Origin: Podarcis muralis
Taxonomy: Eukaryota
NCBI RefSeq assembly: GCF_964188315.1
Contig: NC_135657.1
Location: 76,570,001 to 76,634,000 of the forward strand
Length of the DNA: 64,000 nucleotides
Reading direction: 5' to 3'
Part shown: one piece after another, positions 48,301 through 61,835 of the stretch
How positions within the stretch are numbered: the stretch's first letter is position 1
How the letters are laid out: each line of letters begins with the position of its first letter
Program-made: the position numbers and the translations under genes
Notes under the pieces: generated by a model
Told to the model about the DNA's origin: nothing
The model's input: only the letters and a program-made list of their open reading frames with translations
Databases searched by the model: none

Positions 48301-50843
48301 CAGGAATGCGTTGCTCCTTATTGGTCTGTGCAACATTTTGCACAAGTTGAGTGCAAACCGCTTTTAGTATCTGTGTGCTTCTTCTTCCCATGAGGGCTAA
48401 AAATGTTGTGTTTGCATACGCTACAATACAGGTTATTTTAGTATTGTGTCATGCTTAGCCCTCAAAGTTTACAATATCTTCCCAATCTCCAAAAATACAC
48501 CACCACCCCTTGAGATTGCACAGTAATCTCAACTCCAGCAAAGTTGTTAATGTATAAAGATAGCATGTCTGACTATACACAAATCTGGATTTCTAGAAAA
48601 TAAAAATATGCCTACATTTGTTATTTAACAAAGTTATATGTTGCTTAATTGTGAAAATAATCTCTAACTTGTTTATTTTTTTGTAAATGACACTATGCTT
48701 AAATAGACTATATGTTTGAATATGCACACACAGTATTTTAACCCTATTATGCCTGCAAAAAGCACTTTACTAATTCAGCAATTGGATTAAATTGACCAAA
48801 ATTTAACCACCTTTTAAAAAAAAGTTAATTACTTATTTTTTAGTGTAAAAGAATATGAAATTAGTATTACTGCTTGGGCTTGGTATTATTGCATGGGCTT
48901 GGTATTTGGGAACTATAATGATCCTCAATGTTAATTCCTATGGGGTCTAATAGATTCCTCCTCCTCCTACTACTACTACACACACTTTTCAAGATTTCCC
49001 TGAGTTAAGGCTTCAAAACATGTTGAGTGGCTAACATTATCTGTTCTCACCTTAGCTGCCAAATCAACATGAAGTATCCATTGTGTTGTTAAATGAGAGC
49101 TTTCATTCTGCTGGGATAATTTAGACTCCTTTCTCCTCCCACAATACCTTGGATGTAAAGTGTTTAATTTTCGCCATTAGTCTAACTGACACCAAGAGCC
49201 CTTTTAATAAAATCCTCAAATTAAATGAAAGTGAGGGAGGCTTAAACACAGCACCTTTGAATTGTATGGAAACACATAGAGCATAACATTGCTTAGCAGA
49301 AGAAAACAATACGTTAGGAAAGAGGTTTCCTAGAAATGTGTACTCCTTTGTGGTAGGCTATGAAACCAAAGCAAGGAAAATTGATATGATGAAGAGAAAA
49401 ACAATGGCTGAGATAGACGATTGTATGAAGTATTTCTTTAAATTGCTGTTGTTATTAGTCATCTAATAATGATGAATAATGACACACTGCACTAGGGCTG
49501 ATATTGGATCATGCATTGATGATGATGCATTAGTTTTAATCCAGACAAGATGGAGCTGATATTAGAGGCAAAATCAAATACTCTGTCAGTGGTGGAATTT
49601 GCCAGAACAAGTGAAAAGTTTTTTTCTCCCCTCACCTTTTACCACATGAGTTTAACTTGAACTCCTACTTCCTGCTGCTGCATAGGTAGGTAGTGGCAAC
49701 AGCCTGAAATGTCTTTTATTTAGTACATTCATCTATCTAACAATGTGCATATTGCTTAGTCACAGCTGTCTCTAAGTGGTGTACATGAGAACCAATACAA
49801 TAAATTTGATCTGGCCTTAATAATTCAAGAAGATTGGGATCTCATCACACTGTACATTCAAGATACTGTATTGAAACAATGAAGCCAAGGCATTTTTTTG
49901 AAATGCTATAGCTCACCATTGGGCAGGTGTGGGAATCTATAACTGAGTTGAATTTTTGAATTTTCAAACTTTTTGCTCAGTATTGGAGGGAGCATTGGGA
50001 GCCAGGGGTGTGCAGAAATCATATGGTTTCTAAGGAGCTTTTATTTTAAAATGTATAACAGGGTCATGCATAGTTGAATGTAAAGAGTCAACTGTCTATG
50101 AACTATTGTGAGTTTCTGCTGAGAGTTGTGAAGAAAACTTTAAAAATCCTAATGTAAACCCTAATCAGACATTAAAGCTAGTCACACAAATCAATTGGGG
50201 GCCCAGATTCCATGCAGGGTCAGCCCTGGAAAGTCCCAGATCAGATCACAGTTGATCCAAAGTCCTAACTGGGCCCCAGATTAGAGAAGAGGGAATGTGT
50301 GCACTGCTCTGCTTTATAAACAGGAGTCATGACATTAGAGGCTGGTAAATTCTTACTGGTCACTTGGTAGACATTTTGCTTCATCCTATCAGAGGACAGT
50401 TATAAGTTAATGAGGGAGAAGAATACTATATTGAAATGATTGGGTGTGGGGTGGGTGGGACTAGCTGAAAGGAATAAATAGGCTCAAAGTGAACAAAATG
50501 GCTGAAGAGAACGTACTGGTGTGTGATGGTTGGTCAGCTGAAGGAAGAGCTGTGCTAGATTTAGCTGCACCTTAATGTAGCTTTGCTACATACATAATCA
50601 TTAACTTGGGCTACATTTATAATCAATGGTTTTGCTAATGGCAAATGCAACATTCATACATAGTTGTTTGGCATTATTTAGGTTTGTTAGCATTCATTCT
50701 GCCAGCTCAGTAACTTTAGCAACAGTTTCTAATACTTTCTGGTAACAAACAGGAAGATGGAGCATACTAGATTTCTTCTTCATCATCATCATCATCACCA
50801 CCATCATCATCGTATCAGATCATTGGGGTGAGACATATTAAAG

Positions 50844-50979
50844 CAGGCATCCCCAACCTTCGGCCCTCCAGATGTTTTGAACTACAATTCCCATCATCCC
50901 TGACCACTGGTCCTGTTAGCTAGGAATCACGGGAGTTGTAGGCCAAAACATCTGGAGGGCTGCAGGTTGGGGATGCCTG
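50844..50979. mobile_element. hAT MITE, 136 bp
   Basis: Perfect 16-bp TIR CAGGCATCCCCAACCT; 8-bp TSD TATTAAAG / TATTAGAG. Confidence 0.95.
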
Positions 50980-51089
50980 TATTAGAGCTTCTACAAGATC
51001 TTGCCAATATTTTACCAAGTATTTGAAGAGACATGATCGTATGAGATGACAATGTAGCTATATAGGCAGTGCCAACTCAACAACAGGAA

Positions 51090-51268
51090 AAGCTTTGATG
51101 GTAAGAACTGTTTGACAGTAGAACAGACTGTCACGAGAGGTGGTGGATTCTCCTATCTCAGAGATTTTTAAGCAGAGGTTGGAAGGCCATCTGTCATGGA
51201 TGCTTTAGTTGACATTCCTGCGTTCCAGGGGGTTGGCTCCCTTCCAAGTCTACAATTCTATGATTCTT
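51090..51268 (+). mobile_element. CR1 3' end, older copy
   Basis: GGTGGTGGATTCTCC...TTTTAAGCAGAGGTTGGA...CTTCCAAGTCTACAATTCTATGATTCT parallels 62400-62581. Confidence 0.8.
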
Positions 51269-52447
51269 TGATTATATTTTTGAATTGTTCAGAATGACCA
51301 TTCCCTCTGTTTGCAAGGGGAAAGGTCATCCTTTAGGTGTTTGGGGAAGGACCAGAGCTCAGTGGTGGAGCAGTGGTAAAGCAGCTCCCTATATTTCTTT
51401 CTGTTTGCTATGTACAAACTATGAGATGTTTATGCTCAATGTAGAGGAATTTGGCTGGTGTTGATTTAGCCTAAGATTGGTGGCACAGACCCAAAGAGAT
51501 TCTATCTCACTGTTAACAAACATGACAACCTTTCTCCCTTTCACTTCATCAGACACTTTTAAAAGTTTTTATTTTTTTATTTTTTAAAAAGCAAGATTAC
51601 TTTATGGCCTTTTTGTGAATTTCTCCGTGGCATCTTGTGTTTACAGTAGAATCTTTACACCCTGTCACAGACATAACACAAATGCGTGAATATTAAAAGT
51701 GTGGGCTGAATACAAAAGATGTGGCTCTGGAAGACTCGGTTGTTTTCTCTTGAAGGGAATTCACATATGAGATGACATGTTTATTTGCATTTGATCGCTG
51801 GACAGCTCCCTTCCCAAAATAGCTTTTCAGCAAGTTAATTGTTTTGATCTCAATGTGGGCTGGTAAAGATGACATGTCAGACTCACCTTCCTTTTCTGTC
51901 CCCTTCTCCGCACCAGCAAATAATAAGGATGCTTATTTTTTTTAAAAAAAAGGAACCAGAGAAGAATAAAATGGACATCACAAGAACTGCAAGAGTTTTA
52001 TGGTGGTAACTTCATAATGTAACAAAAAGTGTCCAGAAATGATGAAAGAAACAGAGGCAATCTGCCAACTTTCCACTCAGTGCCTCTCGTAGGTCATTTA
52101 GAACACTTTCATATACTCTGAGAAAGCCAATTGACAAATTAATATTGTTATGTACTGTGAAAACAGAATGTGCCCTCTTTGCTAGTGAAAGTATATGAAC
52201 AAAGCTGTATAGGTAGATTTTTTTAAAAAAACAAATCTTTGCACAAGTTATGCAAGTGTGCAAAACTTTAATCAATCATAAGCTAAGGACCTGACAACAG
52301 GTTATTTCCCCAAACAAATAGTTCTGCTGTTCTGTACATGGGTTTTCACACAGATTTCCAGACTGGAGTTGTGGAACCATATTGGGCTTCTAACACAGTA
52401 GTAATCCTTTTCATCCTGCTGTGGTCCCAGTCCATTTGGTGGGGGAC

Positions 52448-52613
52448 CACTGATTTTTTTTCTGGGGGTACGCATACCCCTAAACATTTTGTGAATCTTT
52501 GTAGTTTTGTCCATTTACTGTATTTATTTTTCCTGATTTGAACTATAAAATGATGGTTTTCTTGAGTCAATATGAGAGCACCCCTAAACATTTTTTTTAG
52601 AATAAAAGCACTG
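52448..52613. mobile_element. Non-autonomous DNA transposon relic (hAT-like)
   Basis: Ends CACTGATTTTTTT / AATAAAAGCACTG; the start CAGTGCTTTTTTCTGGGGGTAC recurs near 40880. No TSD found. Confidence 0.5.
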
Positions 52614-54445
52614 CCTGTGTCTGTAATTTGTGTTGCAGAAACAGTCCTATTCTTTTCAATGAGACCACTTTTTATGAAATGCAAATCACAGATTGCAGTG
52701 TGAGGTACAGGATAAAGAAAGCACACAATCCCACAGAAGAGGGTTCCGTTTCTGGATAGGATCCACCATACTGGTTATTGGCGTGTGGAGGGGAAACCCT
52801 CACATCAGGGCAGAACTATGCAATTAGATAACATCGATTTGCCCAGGCTAGCAAAAGGCATTGCACTGCCACTACACCTCTAATCCTCCTGTGCCCAGCC
52901 ACCCTTACTCCTCTTTTTATTTGTCATTCGCTCCCCAACCTATGTTTTCAGTGTTTTACTGCTGCTAATTTGACAACGGTGCTGGCAGTCTCTCCACCTC
53001 TCTCTCCTCTTTCCCTTACACTGATGAAAGGAGTCCTTCTTCCAAGCAACATAGTCTGGAACAGGTGGCTCAGTAGAGCGGCTGCCTTGCTGCCTTGTGG
53101 CTCCAGGAGCTAAACATTAAGATACGTTCCTCTTTGGAAACATGAGATACAGCATAATGAATAACAAACATGCATTTTCCCAACCAAGGGTATGTTGGCT
53201 TCCTTATAGAAGCCCAGGAAATACATCAATGATAGGAATTATTTTGGGGAAGGGTTACTAATTTGGCTCCTTTCCTTGAATTTTGAAGACTAGATTAACT
53301 CATTCCTATCCCTATCTACCCACCTAGCTAGCTAGCTAGCAGTATAAATATTCAATTGACCTTATTGCTCTTTATTCTTTATGCACCTCTTGTTCACTTG
53401 ACAGATTGCATAAATTCAGTTCCTTTTTGTAAACAAATGGCAGAAGAACTGCCATCCTCGATGTGTATTAGGTCTGCTCTACTGCTGCTATGTTTGTGCA
53501 TATACTGTCCTTTCCAAGAGTAACTTGACTGTGGAAAATGAAATATGTCATATGCACTAGAAAAGGATGCATTTATAACTAACTAGAGAAAGAGAAGAAG
53601 GGGAAGGAAAAGAACCCAAGGCTGTAAACATTACGCTCTCCGATAAATTGATAGGTACAGAAATCCAAACAGTGATATCAGGTGCTATCTAAAGTGTGTG
53701 TTCAACTACAGTCCTATTACATCAAAGATGGAAACAAAAAACAAAACCAAACAGGGTTTCTGAAAAACCTTGTAGCAACCAGTACAAACAAAATGAAGCA
53801 TAAAATTGATAAGAAAATGGAAGTGGCTTGATTAGATCAATTCTATTAAAAGCACTGAAGGACAATAAATGATTCAATAGAGGTAATCTGCAGTTCAGGT
53901 TTACTCAGTAATCCACTGGAGGTCTTTGTCAAAATCTTTTGACAAGCTAATTAAAAGAAGACAGTTATGCAGCTTTGAGTATTTACTTTTCATGAAATGA
54001 ATCAACCAATCGGCAAACTTGCACATCCATATTTTCCCCTTCAGTAGTGTCATAGTGACCTTTTGCATGAATAAACTCCATCTTCCCCATGATAGCTTCA
54101 GAGCAACTTAATATTTAAATAATATACCCTTCTGTAGGAAAGAGAGAATGCAAATTGGGGGTTGTGGGAAATCTGTTCATTGTAACCCTGTTGTTTGCTC
54201 AGTGTAAGCTATGTTGAAGAAGAAATGTTTGTGCGTTCATAAAATGAATTAAACTCTACTTTTATCACCACTTGCATCTCTGTATCTTCCATATCCTTTT
54301 CCTTTCAGCCACGTGCCTAGAAAACAACTAAATATGGGATAGGGGAAGAGAAACTGCAGTTCTTAGGCAAGATTTGAATTATTCCTTTTGTCTTTACCAT
54401 ATCTAAATAGGACTTTCTCCATGACTTAGGTGGATAGTGTGTGTG

Positions 54446-55023
54446 TGATGGGGAGAAATCCAATTCAGTTCACATTTATTTATTTTTATGTATTAATAAA
54501 AATATTTTTGTACTGCTATTAAAAAAATCAGAGCTGTTTACAATTATAGATAAAACCAAATAATAGAATCCATATAAAAATGTTAAAATCAGAAATCAGC
54601 TGTTATGAAAAGATGCAAGATTTAAAGGCAAACCTACCCGATTCACACTTTGCCAAACAATGCAAGAAAACACACTAATCCTTTGAAATTTGCCCTTCTC
54701 TGAATTTTGCAGTGCAGTTTTCCAGCCAAGTAATGTATCAAGAAATTTCAAATATTCGGTTAAAGTGTGCATAAAATGCCTATATTGAATATAACATAGA
54801 AAGATGCATCATGTTTGGGGAAACTGCTTTGTAAAAATGTATCTATTAGGCAAATTGCATACAAGAATGTGTATATTAGGAGAAATGCATACGAAAATTA
54901 TGGTGAATTTTCACGAGAACTTTAAAAAAATCCATCATCATCACCACCAGCACAAATTGATGTGGAAATGTGGAGTACTGAACTCATTGGAAAAATGAGA
55001 AACTGAAAATTTGCCTATCCCTA
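54446..55023. mobile_element. AT-rich squamate non-autonomous DNA element (hAT-like), decayed
   Basis: Ends (G)TGATGGGGAGAAAT / ATTTGCCTATCCCTA; internal repeated TATATTAGG..AAAT.GCATAC.A units at 54835-54895. Recognised by recall only. Confidence 0.5.
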
Positions 55024-56722
55024 GTTGAGTAGAGAAGGCATGATTTTAATATATATACAATTAAATACACAAGCAAGTCTCTTTGGTCACACTGAACTTC
55101 TGGAGCAGTGCCACCTACTATTTTTGTCTGCATACTAAGAAGGGATGGCCATGTTTTTAAACACTCCCACCATCTTCATACAAATCAATATCTCTCATTG
55201 AGTTATGTGGGAGAAGGTTATGAGCTTCTACTCAGGGAGACTGGAAATATGGAAGGAAAACTCTCCCCTACCTCACCTGATTTGGGGATAATCAGGGTCC
55301 ACAGTGAGACAGAGCTTTGCTTCACCAAAAAACCCCAAAACCCATCCGCACCCAACTATACCTTTGATTGTCATCTGTTTATCTTCTCCATGAGCATCAT
55401 GAGCAGCTCTTCAATTTTGGGTGTCATAACAATTATAGTCCACTGCACTGGTGATAATACCACTAATTTTAAATAACAGCAGATGGAAAAGTGCAAGACT
55501 GGGTGGTGAGGAATTGCTTCATTAGCTGGGGTTCCTTAAGTGGTGCCTACATCCTTTGCATAGTCATGGAGTAAACTGCCTCAATCCAATCTACACGGTT
55601 TGTGTTGTCTCCTGTACTGAAGCACCATTTAATGTAGGAAAAGGAGTTTTAATTCAATTGTACTACACGGGATGTGAATGTTATTGAGCTGAAAAGAATG
55701 GGGGAATAGGGTCATTTGGAACTTCACACATAGCAATAAATTTGTTCTCCTTTTGGCAAAACTGGTTTGTTTTTTTTCTGATGAGACTGGGCCTCCTTCC
55801 CAAACATACTGAACGGCATCACTCTTTGAGGTGCATCACAGCAAGAACCCCATTGACTGCAGTCCTTTCAAGGTTCCCTCTGTGTGAAAAGCATCCCACC
55901 ATGCCAGAGAAAAGGCAAACATAGGGAACACATTCTGCCAAAATCAAGAGAAGAAAGGCAAAGCATTTTTGTGTTTACCATATGGTGTGGTAGCTTCTAG
56001 TGCCTTCTGTACTTAAGCATCAGGAAAAAGAAAAGAAAAGCTGTTATCCCTGAGCTAGGAGTATGAAAAGCATTATTTCCAAATATACTATTCCTTGTCT
56101 CCTTGGCAATGCCACCTCCTGCCCAAAACAAGAATCCAATAGTCTGTATTTATCAGTGGCCAACTTCATACATGCCCAAGAAATCTTAAGACAAAACCGC
56201 CAGATAATAGAGTTCTATGCATCTTTCAGTACCTGCATTTTTGGTATTTGTATTTGTGTACTGCTCACAGGAATAGCACCAAAGTACACTCTGGTTCTAC
56301 TGGCATTGCAGATCTACAGGGAATGCAGATCAATCTTCTAAGCTGGCCATCAATCGTAAGATGCTTAACAGAAATGAAAAATATAAGGGTGTTCAAATGA
56401 ACACAGCTGTGTACTTTACTTCATCCCTCTTCTGAAGGCTGAACGTTCAACCAGCAGAAGAAAAGGCCCTATGCATGTCTTAGTATCCCCCTTCTGTGGA
56501 ACAGCCGTATGCATGAAGGTCAGTGCCTGCGTATAGCATAGCCCCTCCTCATGCTCATCACAGGGCATATTAGTGCTGGCGTGTGTGGCTCTGGCTGTGG
56601 GGGGCGGGGCGGGTAACAAATGTAGCCTTGTGACTTCATCACACGTAACACAGGAGGGGTTCATCTGAACCTTCCTAAGTTCTTTAGGATAACTGGATTA
56701 ACCAAATATAAAACAATAAGAG

Positions 56723-56860
56723 ATACTGAAGGCAAACTTTAGGGAAGTTTTTAATGTTTGATGTTTTATTGTGTTTTTAATATCCTGTTGGAAGCCTCCC
56801 AGAGTGGCTGGGGAGGCCCGGACAGATGGGCATGGAATAAGTAATAAATTATTATTATAA
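56723..56860 (+). mobile_element. L2-type 3' tail
   Basis: TTTAGGGAAGTTTTTAATG...CCCAGAGTGGCTGGGGAGGCCCGGACAGATGGGCATGGAATAAGTAATAAATTATTATTA. Confidence 0.7.
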
Positions 56861-58079
56861 TGTTTCTGTACTAGCAGCTAGTTCCTACCTCAGCAGTGTC
56901 TTCTTAATTATTTACCCACTACATTCAAATTTTGTAGCTGGTAGGTTTCAAAAATTCACAAAAACCGAATCACAAAAACCCCCAACAACAGAAGACTTTG
57001 AGTTGGATACAGACTTAGTCATACTGAGCAGAAACACTGAAATAAAAATAACTTTAGTAATCACAGACTGACTTGAGCCTCGTTAATAGTACTACGTAAC
57101 TTAAATGACCAATTTATATGCATGTATGTATTTAACAGCATTTATATACCACCTCATAACTGTGGGATAACCAGTCTCATATAACCAATATGCTTAAGTC
57201 TAATTAATGCATGAAGGGGTTAAGACCATAGTGTAAGCTGTCCTGCCAAGCTTAGCGAGGTCACTGCCCCTCACCTTGGGGGGAACGGTTATCAAGGTAT
57301 TTATTTTTTCATTCCACCATGTGAACCCTACCAGTAAGGAGGTCTGAGTTGCTCCAGGCTCAGACTCATTGACTTACACAAGCCATCTTTGTGTTTCTAT
57401 ATAAATAATTTACAAACCTTCCCCACTTTGGAACCTAAGTTTTGCTTTCTGTGTTTTCTTCCTGCTGTATGGAAAAGCACACAAATCTCACCTTTGAAGA
57501 GTTTGTAAGGAAACCATTTTTAACTTACCAAATGTGTGATCTCTTTCTAAGCTAAGGGAAAATGGGAATTTTGGAAGCAACTTAGAGGGGATATTTTAAA
57601 AGTCTACAGACTTATATTTCCATGCTTTACTTCATTGAATAGTTTGTGATTCTAAATTTCTACTGGGGTTCTCTCATGAAAGAGTTCTTGCCCCAAACCT
57701 GAATCTTGGGATCCAGGAATTCTCATTTTGCTTACCTATTTAACAATAACAATAACAATAACCTCCCCATAAGCTTTGGATCACTTACAATAAATGCACA
57801 TAAATAAATAAAATTATCAGTACTTTTAACACTTACAAAGATTCCATTGAGGTGTTTCCTTACACAACTCAAAATAAGTGTCCTTCTGCTTAGTGTTATT
57901 AAATCCATTTCAGCAACTGATAAAGTCAGTTATATTCTATGCACGTTCATGCTCTTAAAATATAAATATGGTAGTCTTCAAGTGCTACAGGGACCAAGTC
58001 ATTAAAAAAAAAAAGAACAGTCACATATTAACACTGCTCTGAACTTGACTCACATTTTGTTTGTGCTTGCGTTCCTTTT

Positions 58080-58083
<4 letters not shown>

Positions 58084-58126
<43 letters not shown>
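58084..58126. repeat. (AT)21 microsatellite
   Basis: Read directly. Confidence 0.97.
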
Positions 58127-58129
<3 letters not shown>

Positions 58130-58568
58130 GCTCACATGAGCTCCATGTAGCGGATGTGGACTGGCAGTGCACAAACTAGAGGACCCTTGCAAAGTTTTGG
58201 CAAAGGGCCACTGTATGTTCCCAGCAATGGTCTGACATCTAGCTAATAAATCTTTAAACAGGGTTTCTAGGAAAGATGCCTGAGGCAAGGCTTGTGAGGC
58301 TTATGAAAGAAAAGGGAGAGGGAAAAATACAACCCTTCAGATGTACATAATGCGGCAATGCTGTGCAGAGGTTTGCCTCTTGTCTCATATCTCCAGAGTA
58401 TTTTGAACCTTATTTAGCGAACCTTATTTAGGACATGCATCATTTAAACCAATAATACAGGCTAAGGCTATGCTTCTGGTGAGAAGAAGGCTTTTTGCTT
58501 ATATATTTCCTCATTTTATAGCAATCTCATATGCTTCATCCTTTTATGACACTAATGGAACCACCAAT

Positions 58569-58953
58569 AAAAGTAAAAAGTAAAGGGCTCCTGGATGGTT
58601 AAGTCCCGTCAAAGGTGACTATGGGGTAGCAGTGCTCATCTCGCTTTCAGGCCGAGGGAGCTGGCGTTTATCCACAGACAGCTTTCCGGGTCATGTGGCC
58701 GGCATGACTAAACCACTTCTGGCACAATGGAACACTGAGACAGAAGCCAGAGCACACAGAAACGCCATTTACCTTCTCACCGCAGCGGTACCTATTTATC
58801 TACTTGCACTGGCGTGCTTTCAAACTGCTAGGTTGGCAGGAGATGGGACAGAGCAACTGGAGCTCATCCTATTGTGGGAATTCGAGCCGCCGACCTTCTG
58901 ATTAGCAAGCCCAAGAGGCTCCGTGGTTTAGACCACAGCACCACCCGTTTCCC
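58569..58953 (-). mobile_element. Sauria SINE (Squam1), full length, longer subfamily
   Basis: Same landmarks as 19673; 13-bp TSD TGGAACCACCAAT (58556) / TGGAACCACCAGT (58954). Confidence 0.95.
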
Positions 58954-59453
58954 TGGAACCACCAGTGCTGGACTTTGGATCATTGTGGTCCTTGGGTTTG
59001 TGGAGTAAGCGTTATATTTATATACTTCTATCCACACTATTTTCTTTATCTTAGGGAAGGAGACCTTTGAACTATTTAAATGTTCAGACCTGACTGCTTG
59101 TAAGCATAGGAAACGTGTTGCCAAAATTACCCAGGTCTTCTTTCAGCATGTTTAGTTCATTTGTCTTAAGGGCTTCAAGCCAGGCCAGATTAAGTGTGAT
59201 GTTTCTCGTTTGGTGTTGGTTTTCATGGCTGAATTTTTAAAATGCTGAAGCAAGGGTAGGTGAGAGCAGGACTGGAACCAGCATAAGGGGAAGGGAGCTT
59301 TAACCCTTTACCTGCCCCGCCCCCCATGGTTCCAATCAGAACCACATTTTATTTGCAATGCTATTCACACTGGTGCCAATGGGACCTTAGCAGACAGTAT
59401 GTTGGGGCTGCATCCCTCACCTGGCCTCCCTCTGCCTGAGTTGCTACCGCATA

Positions 59454-59606
59454 CCTCCCACATGTTGCTCTGGGGGTTCTCTTGATTCTCCAGAACAGAC
59501 TTGGGGGAGGGGGAGGGGCACCCAGGGAAAAGTAGGAAAGCCCCCTTGTGCTCCCTCTGCAAGTGTGTCAATGTTCCTTGAATGTGCACCATAATCCTGT
59601 CTTTCC
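59454..59606 (+). repeat. Dispersed repeat copy A (paired with 61544-61713)
   Basis: Colinear from CCTCCCACATG to CCATAATCCTGTCT.TCC with copy B. Confidence 0.85.
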
Positions 59607-61543
59607 TCTTCCCCTTTCCTGTCTCTCACCTCTCCATCCTAGTATGCAGCCAGAGGGAGGTCAGGCAAGTGGTATAGCCTCATCACACTGACCAATATTG
59701 CAATGAGATATCCATCTTTCCCTGCCCTATGACCATGTTGTTCCTATTGGAGCTTTTTGAAAGTAGACAGGAAAACCACCAGGTGACACAGGCAGCTCCA
59801 CTGTCACTAAAGTGGTAGCACAGAACTCCTCAGCCCCCTCAGTTGGAATGCTTTTTCACATGACTTCTGAAGCCTCCTCTAGCCAATAATTTAGTTCCCC
59901 ACATTATCCTCTTCTTCTCACATGAAGAAAATAAGTTTCTGGTTCACATGTGTGAACTGCTGTTTACCCTCCTGCTGATACAGACCTGGTTCACATGAAA
60001 CATTTAACCACAGTTTAGTTTTGCATCCATGAACCTACCCTACTCTCTTGCTATGACAATAGCTAGTTCTTAGTACTGCATCCAGGTGATATGCATTTGT
60101 GAGGTTGAAAGAAGGGAGGGAAAACCAGATGTGATCTATTTGATTTCTCCATCCTTTCCTTTTCATGAACATTAGATTTTCAGCATTGGGTGACTCATCA
60201 AGATCTAATGCGACTAATGCATAATTTTCTTTTGTATTCTAAGTACCACAGGCTGAACAGAATAATTGGATTTTTGACCTCCCCTGCAAACACATTCTTA
60301 TTATTATTGAGATACTTCTGCAATTCAAGGATTTTTCCTCTTGCCTTGTTTCAAGCTTTATAATCTTACACGGGCTGATTAATATTTTGTCAAGATCACC
60401 CAATATCCATCTGTCTAGTCATGAGTAATGATGAGCTGTGTATTGTGGCATATTGATACGCTCAGCTATTACTATTATTAGTGTTAAAATCATGGACTCC
60501 AGCTGCTTATTTCTTAAAAGATGAAAGGTGCATTGAAACCTTCCATGGTAATTAATAGGGTATTGATTATAAAGCAGCCTCATTTAAGTCCGCTAGTAGT
60601 TGGTTCTTTCAGAGTATTGACTCCAAAAACAAATGGTTAAGTGCCATTTTCCCATTCTCTAGAGGGAATAAAAGATTTATTCCTTTTGTTCTCATACTTG
60701 GGAGGGGGGATGAACCCCCACCCCACAACCAACAAAACCAGGAACTAAGATAGTATCTAATGCATCATTGTAGCAACATTCATTACATGAAGTGCAGGTC
60801 ACAAAGAAAGGTAATGGATGAAAGGGAGCAAGAACCATTAAACAATTAGGCTATTTTTCATTGGCTACAAAGACAATAATTGAAATGGTCTTGCTACTTC
60901 TGATTTATCAGCCGTTCATCTTCTCTCTTTTAGCAGGTGATTGAAAGTTGCCTTGGCTTTGTAAATACCAACACCAACAAAGAAAATACCTGTTGTCTCT
61001 TTATGTCCTGACCACCTCTTCTTCCTTTCACCACACATAACTTCTGCCTATGTGGGACCTATGAGGCTTAAGTGGATCAAACTCACAGATTTTTGTGATG
61101 TACGTTTTCCTTTGATTGAAGCTGTAACAGTCATTGCCCACAGAGCACTAAGTGCACAGGTAATTTGTTTAAACAAATGAACAATGCAATGAACCCTCTG
61201 TGTCCAAAGAAAAGATGGGAGGGTTTTTTAATACAGGGGAGGCTAACATGAGTCATGGCAGATATTACTGGACTCCAGCTCCCTTTAGCCCCAGCCAGAA
61301 TGGTTCATGAATGAATGGAGAGAGGGGGTAATGCTAGGATAGTTACATTAGATGGTCTATGTACTGTTTCTCTATGAATTACAGACATCACATGTTCAGC
61401 TTTAAAGTATGTTTGCATATTTCAGATTTGCCTACCTCTTCACCCAGTTTCACACAAAGGAAGGAATTCAGTGTCACACTCTTCTGATTGTTCCATTACT
61501 GCAAGCATGTCTGCTTGCCAGATGGAATTATCCTCCCTCTCTT

Positions 61544-61713
61544 CCTCCCACATGCTGCTCTGGGGGTTCTCCTGATTCTCCAGAGCAGACCTGGGGGAGG
61601 TGGAGGGGTACCAAGGGGAAGGTGGGAAAGCCCCCTTGTGCTAGTGAGATCCCTTGTGCTCCCTCTGCAAGTGTGCCAATGTTCCTTGAATGTGACCATA
61701 ATCCTGTCTCTCC
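61544..61713 (+). repeat. Dispersed repeat copy B (paired with 59454-59606)
   Basis: Same orientation as copy A, with an extra 18 bp between two CCCTTGTGCT units. Confidence 0.85.
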
Positions 61714-61835
61714 TTTTCAAACCATCAATATAGGCCAGATAAATAGATGTGTCTCACCTCAGAAGAGATATGTGATCATGTGATTTTTGTCATCTGACCT
61801 TATCCAGAGAAGTGTTCTGTGGAGAAGAGTGAAGG

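Noticed and set aside
51887-51986. Possible minus-strand exon ending at AAG/GTGAGT
   Set aside because: The donor is good but the acceptor is ambiguous and no frame gives a recognisable peptide.
55555-55570. miR-153-like TTGCATAGTCA
   Set aside because: Only the first 11 nt match and I see no precursor hairpin.
59775-59790. CTCF-like CCACCAGGTGACAC
   Set aside because: Mismatch in the conserved GGC core and no supporting CpG context.
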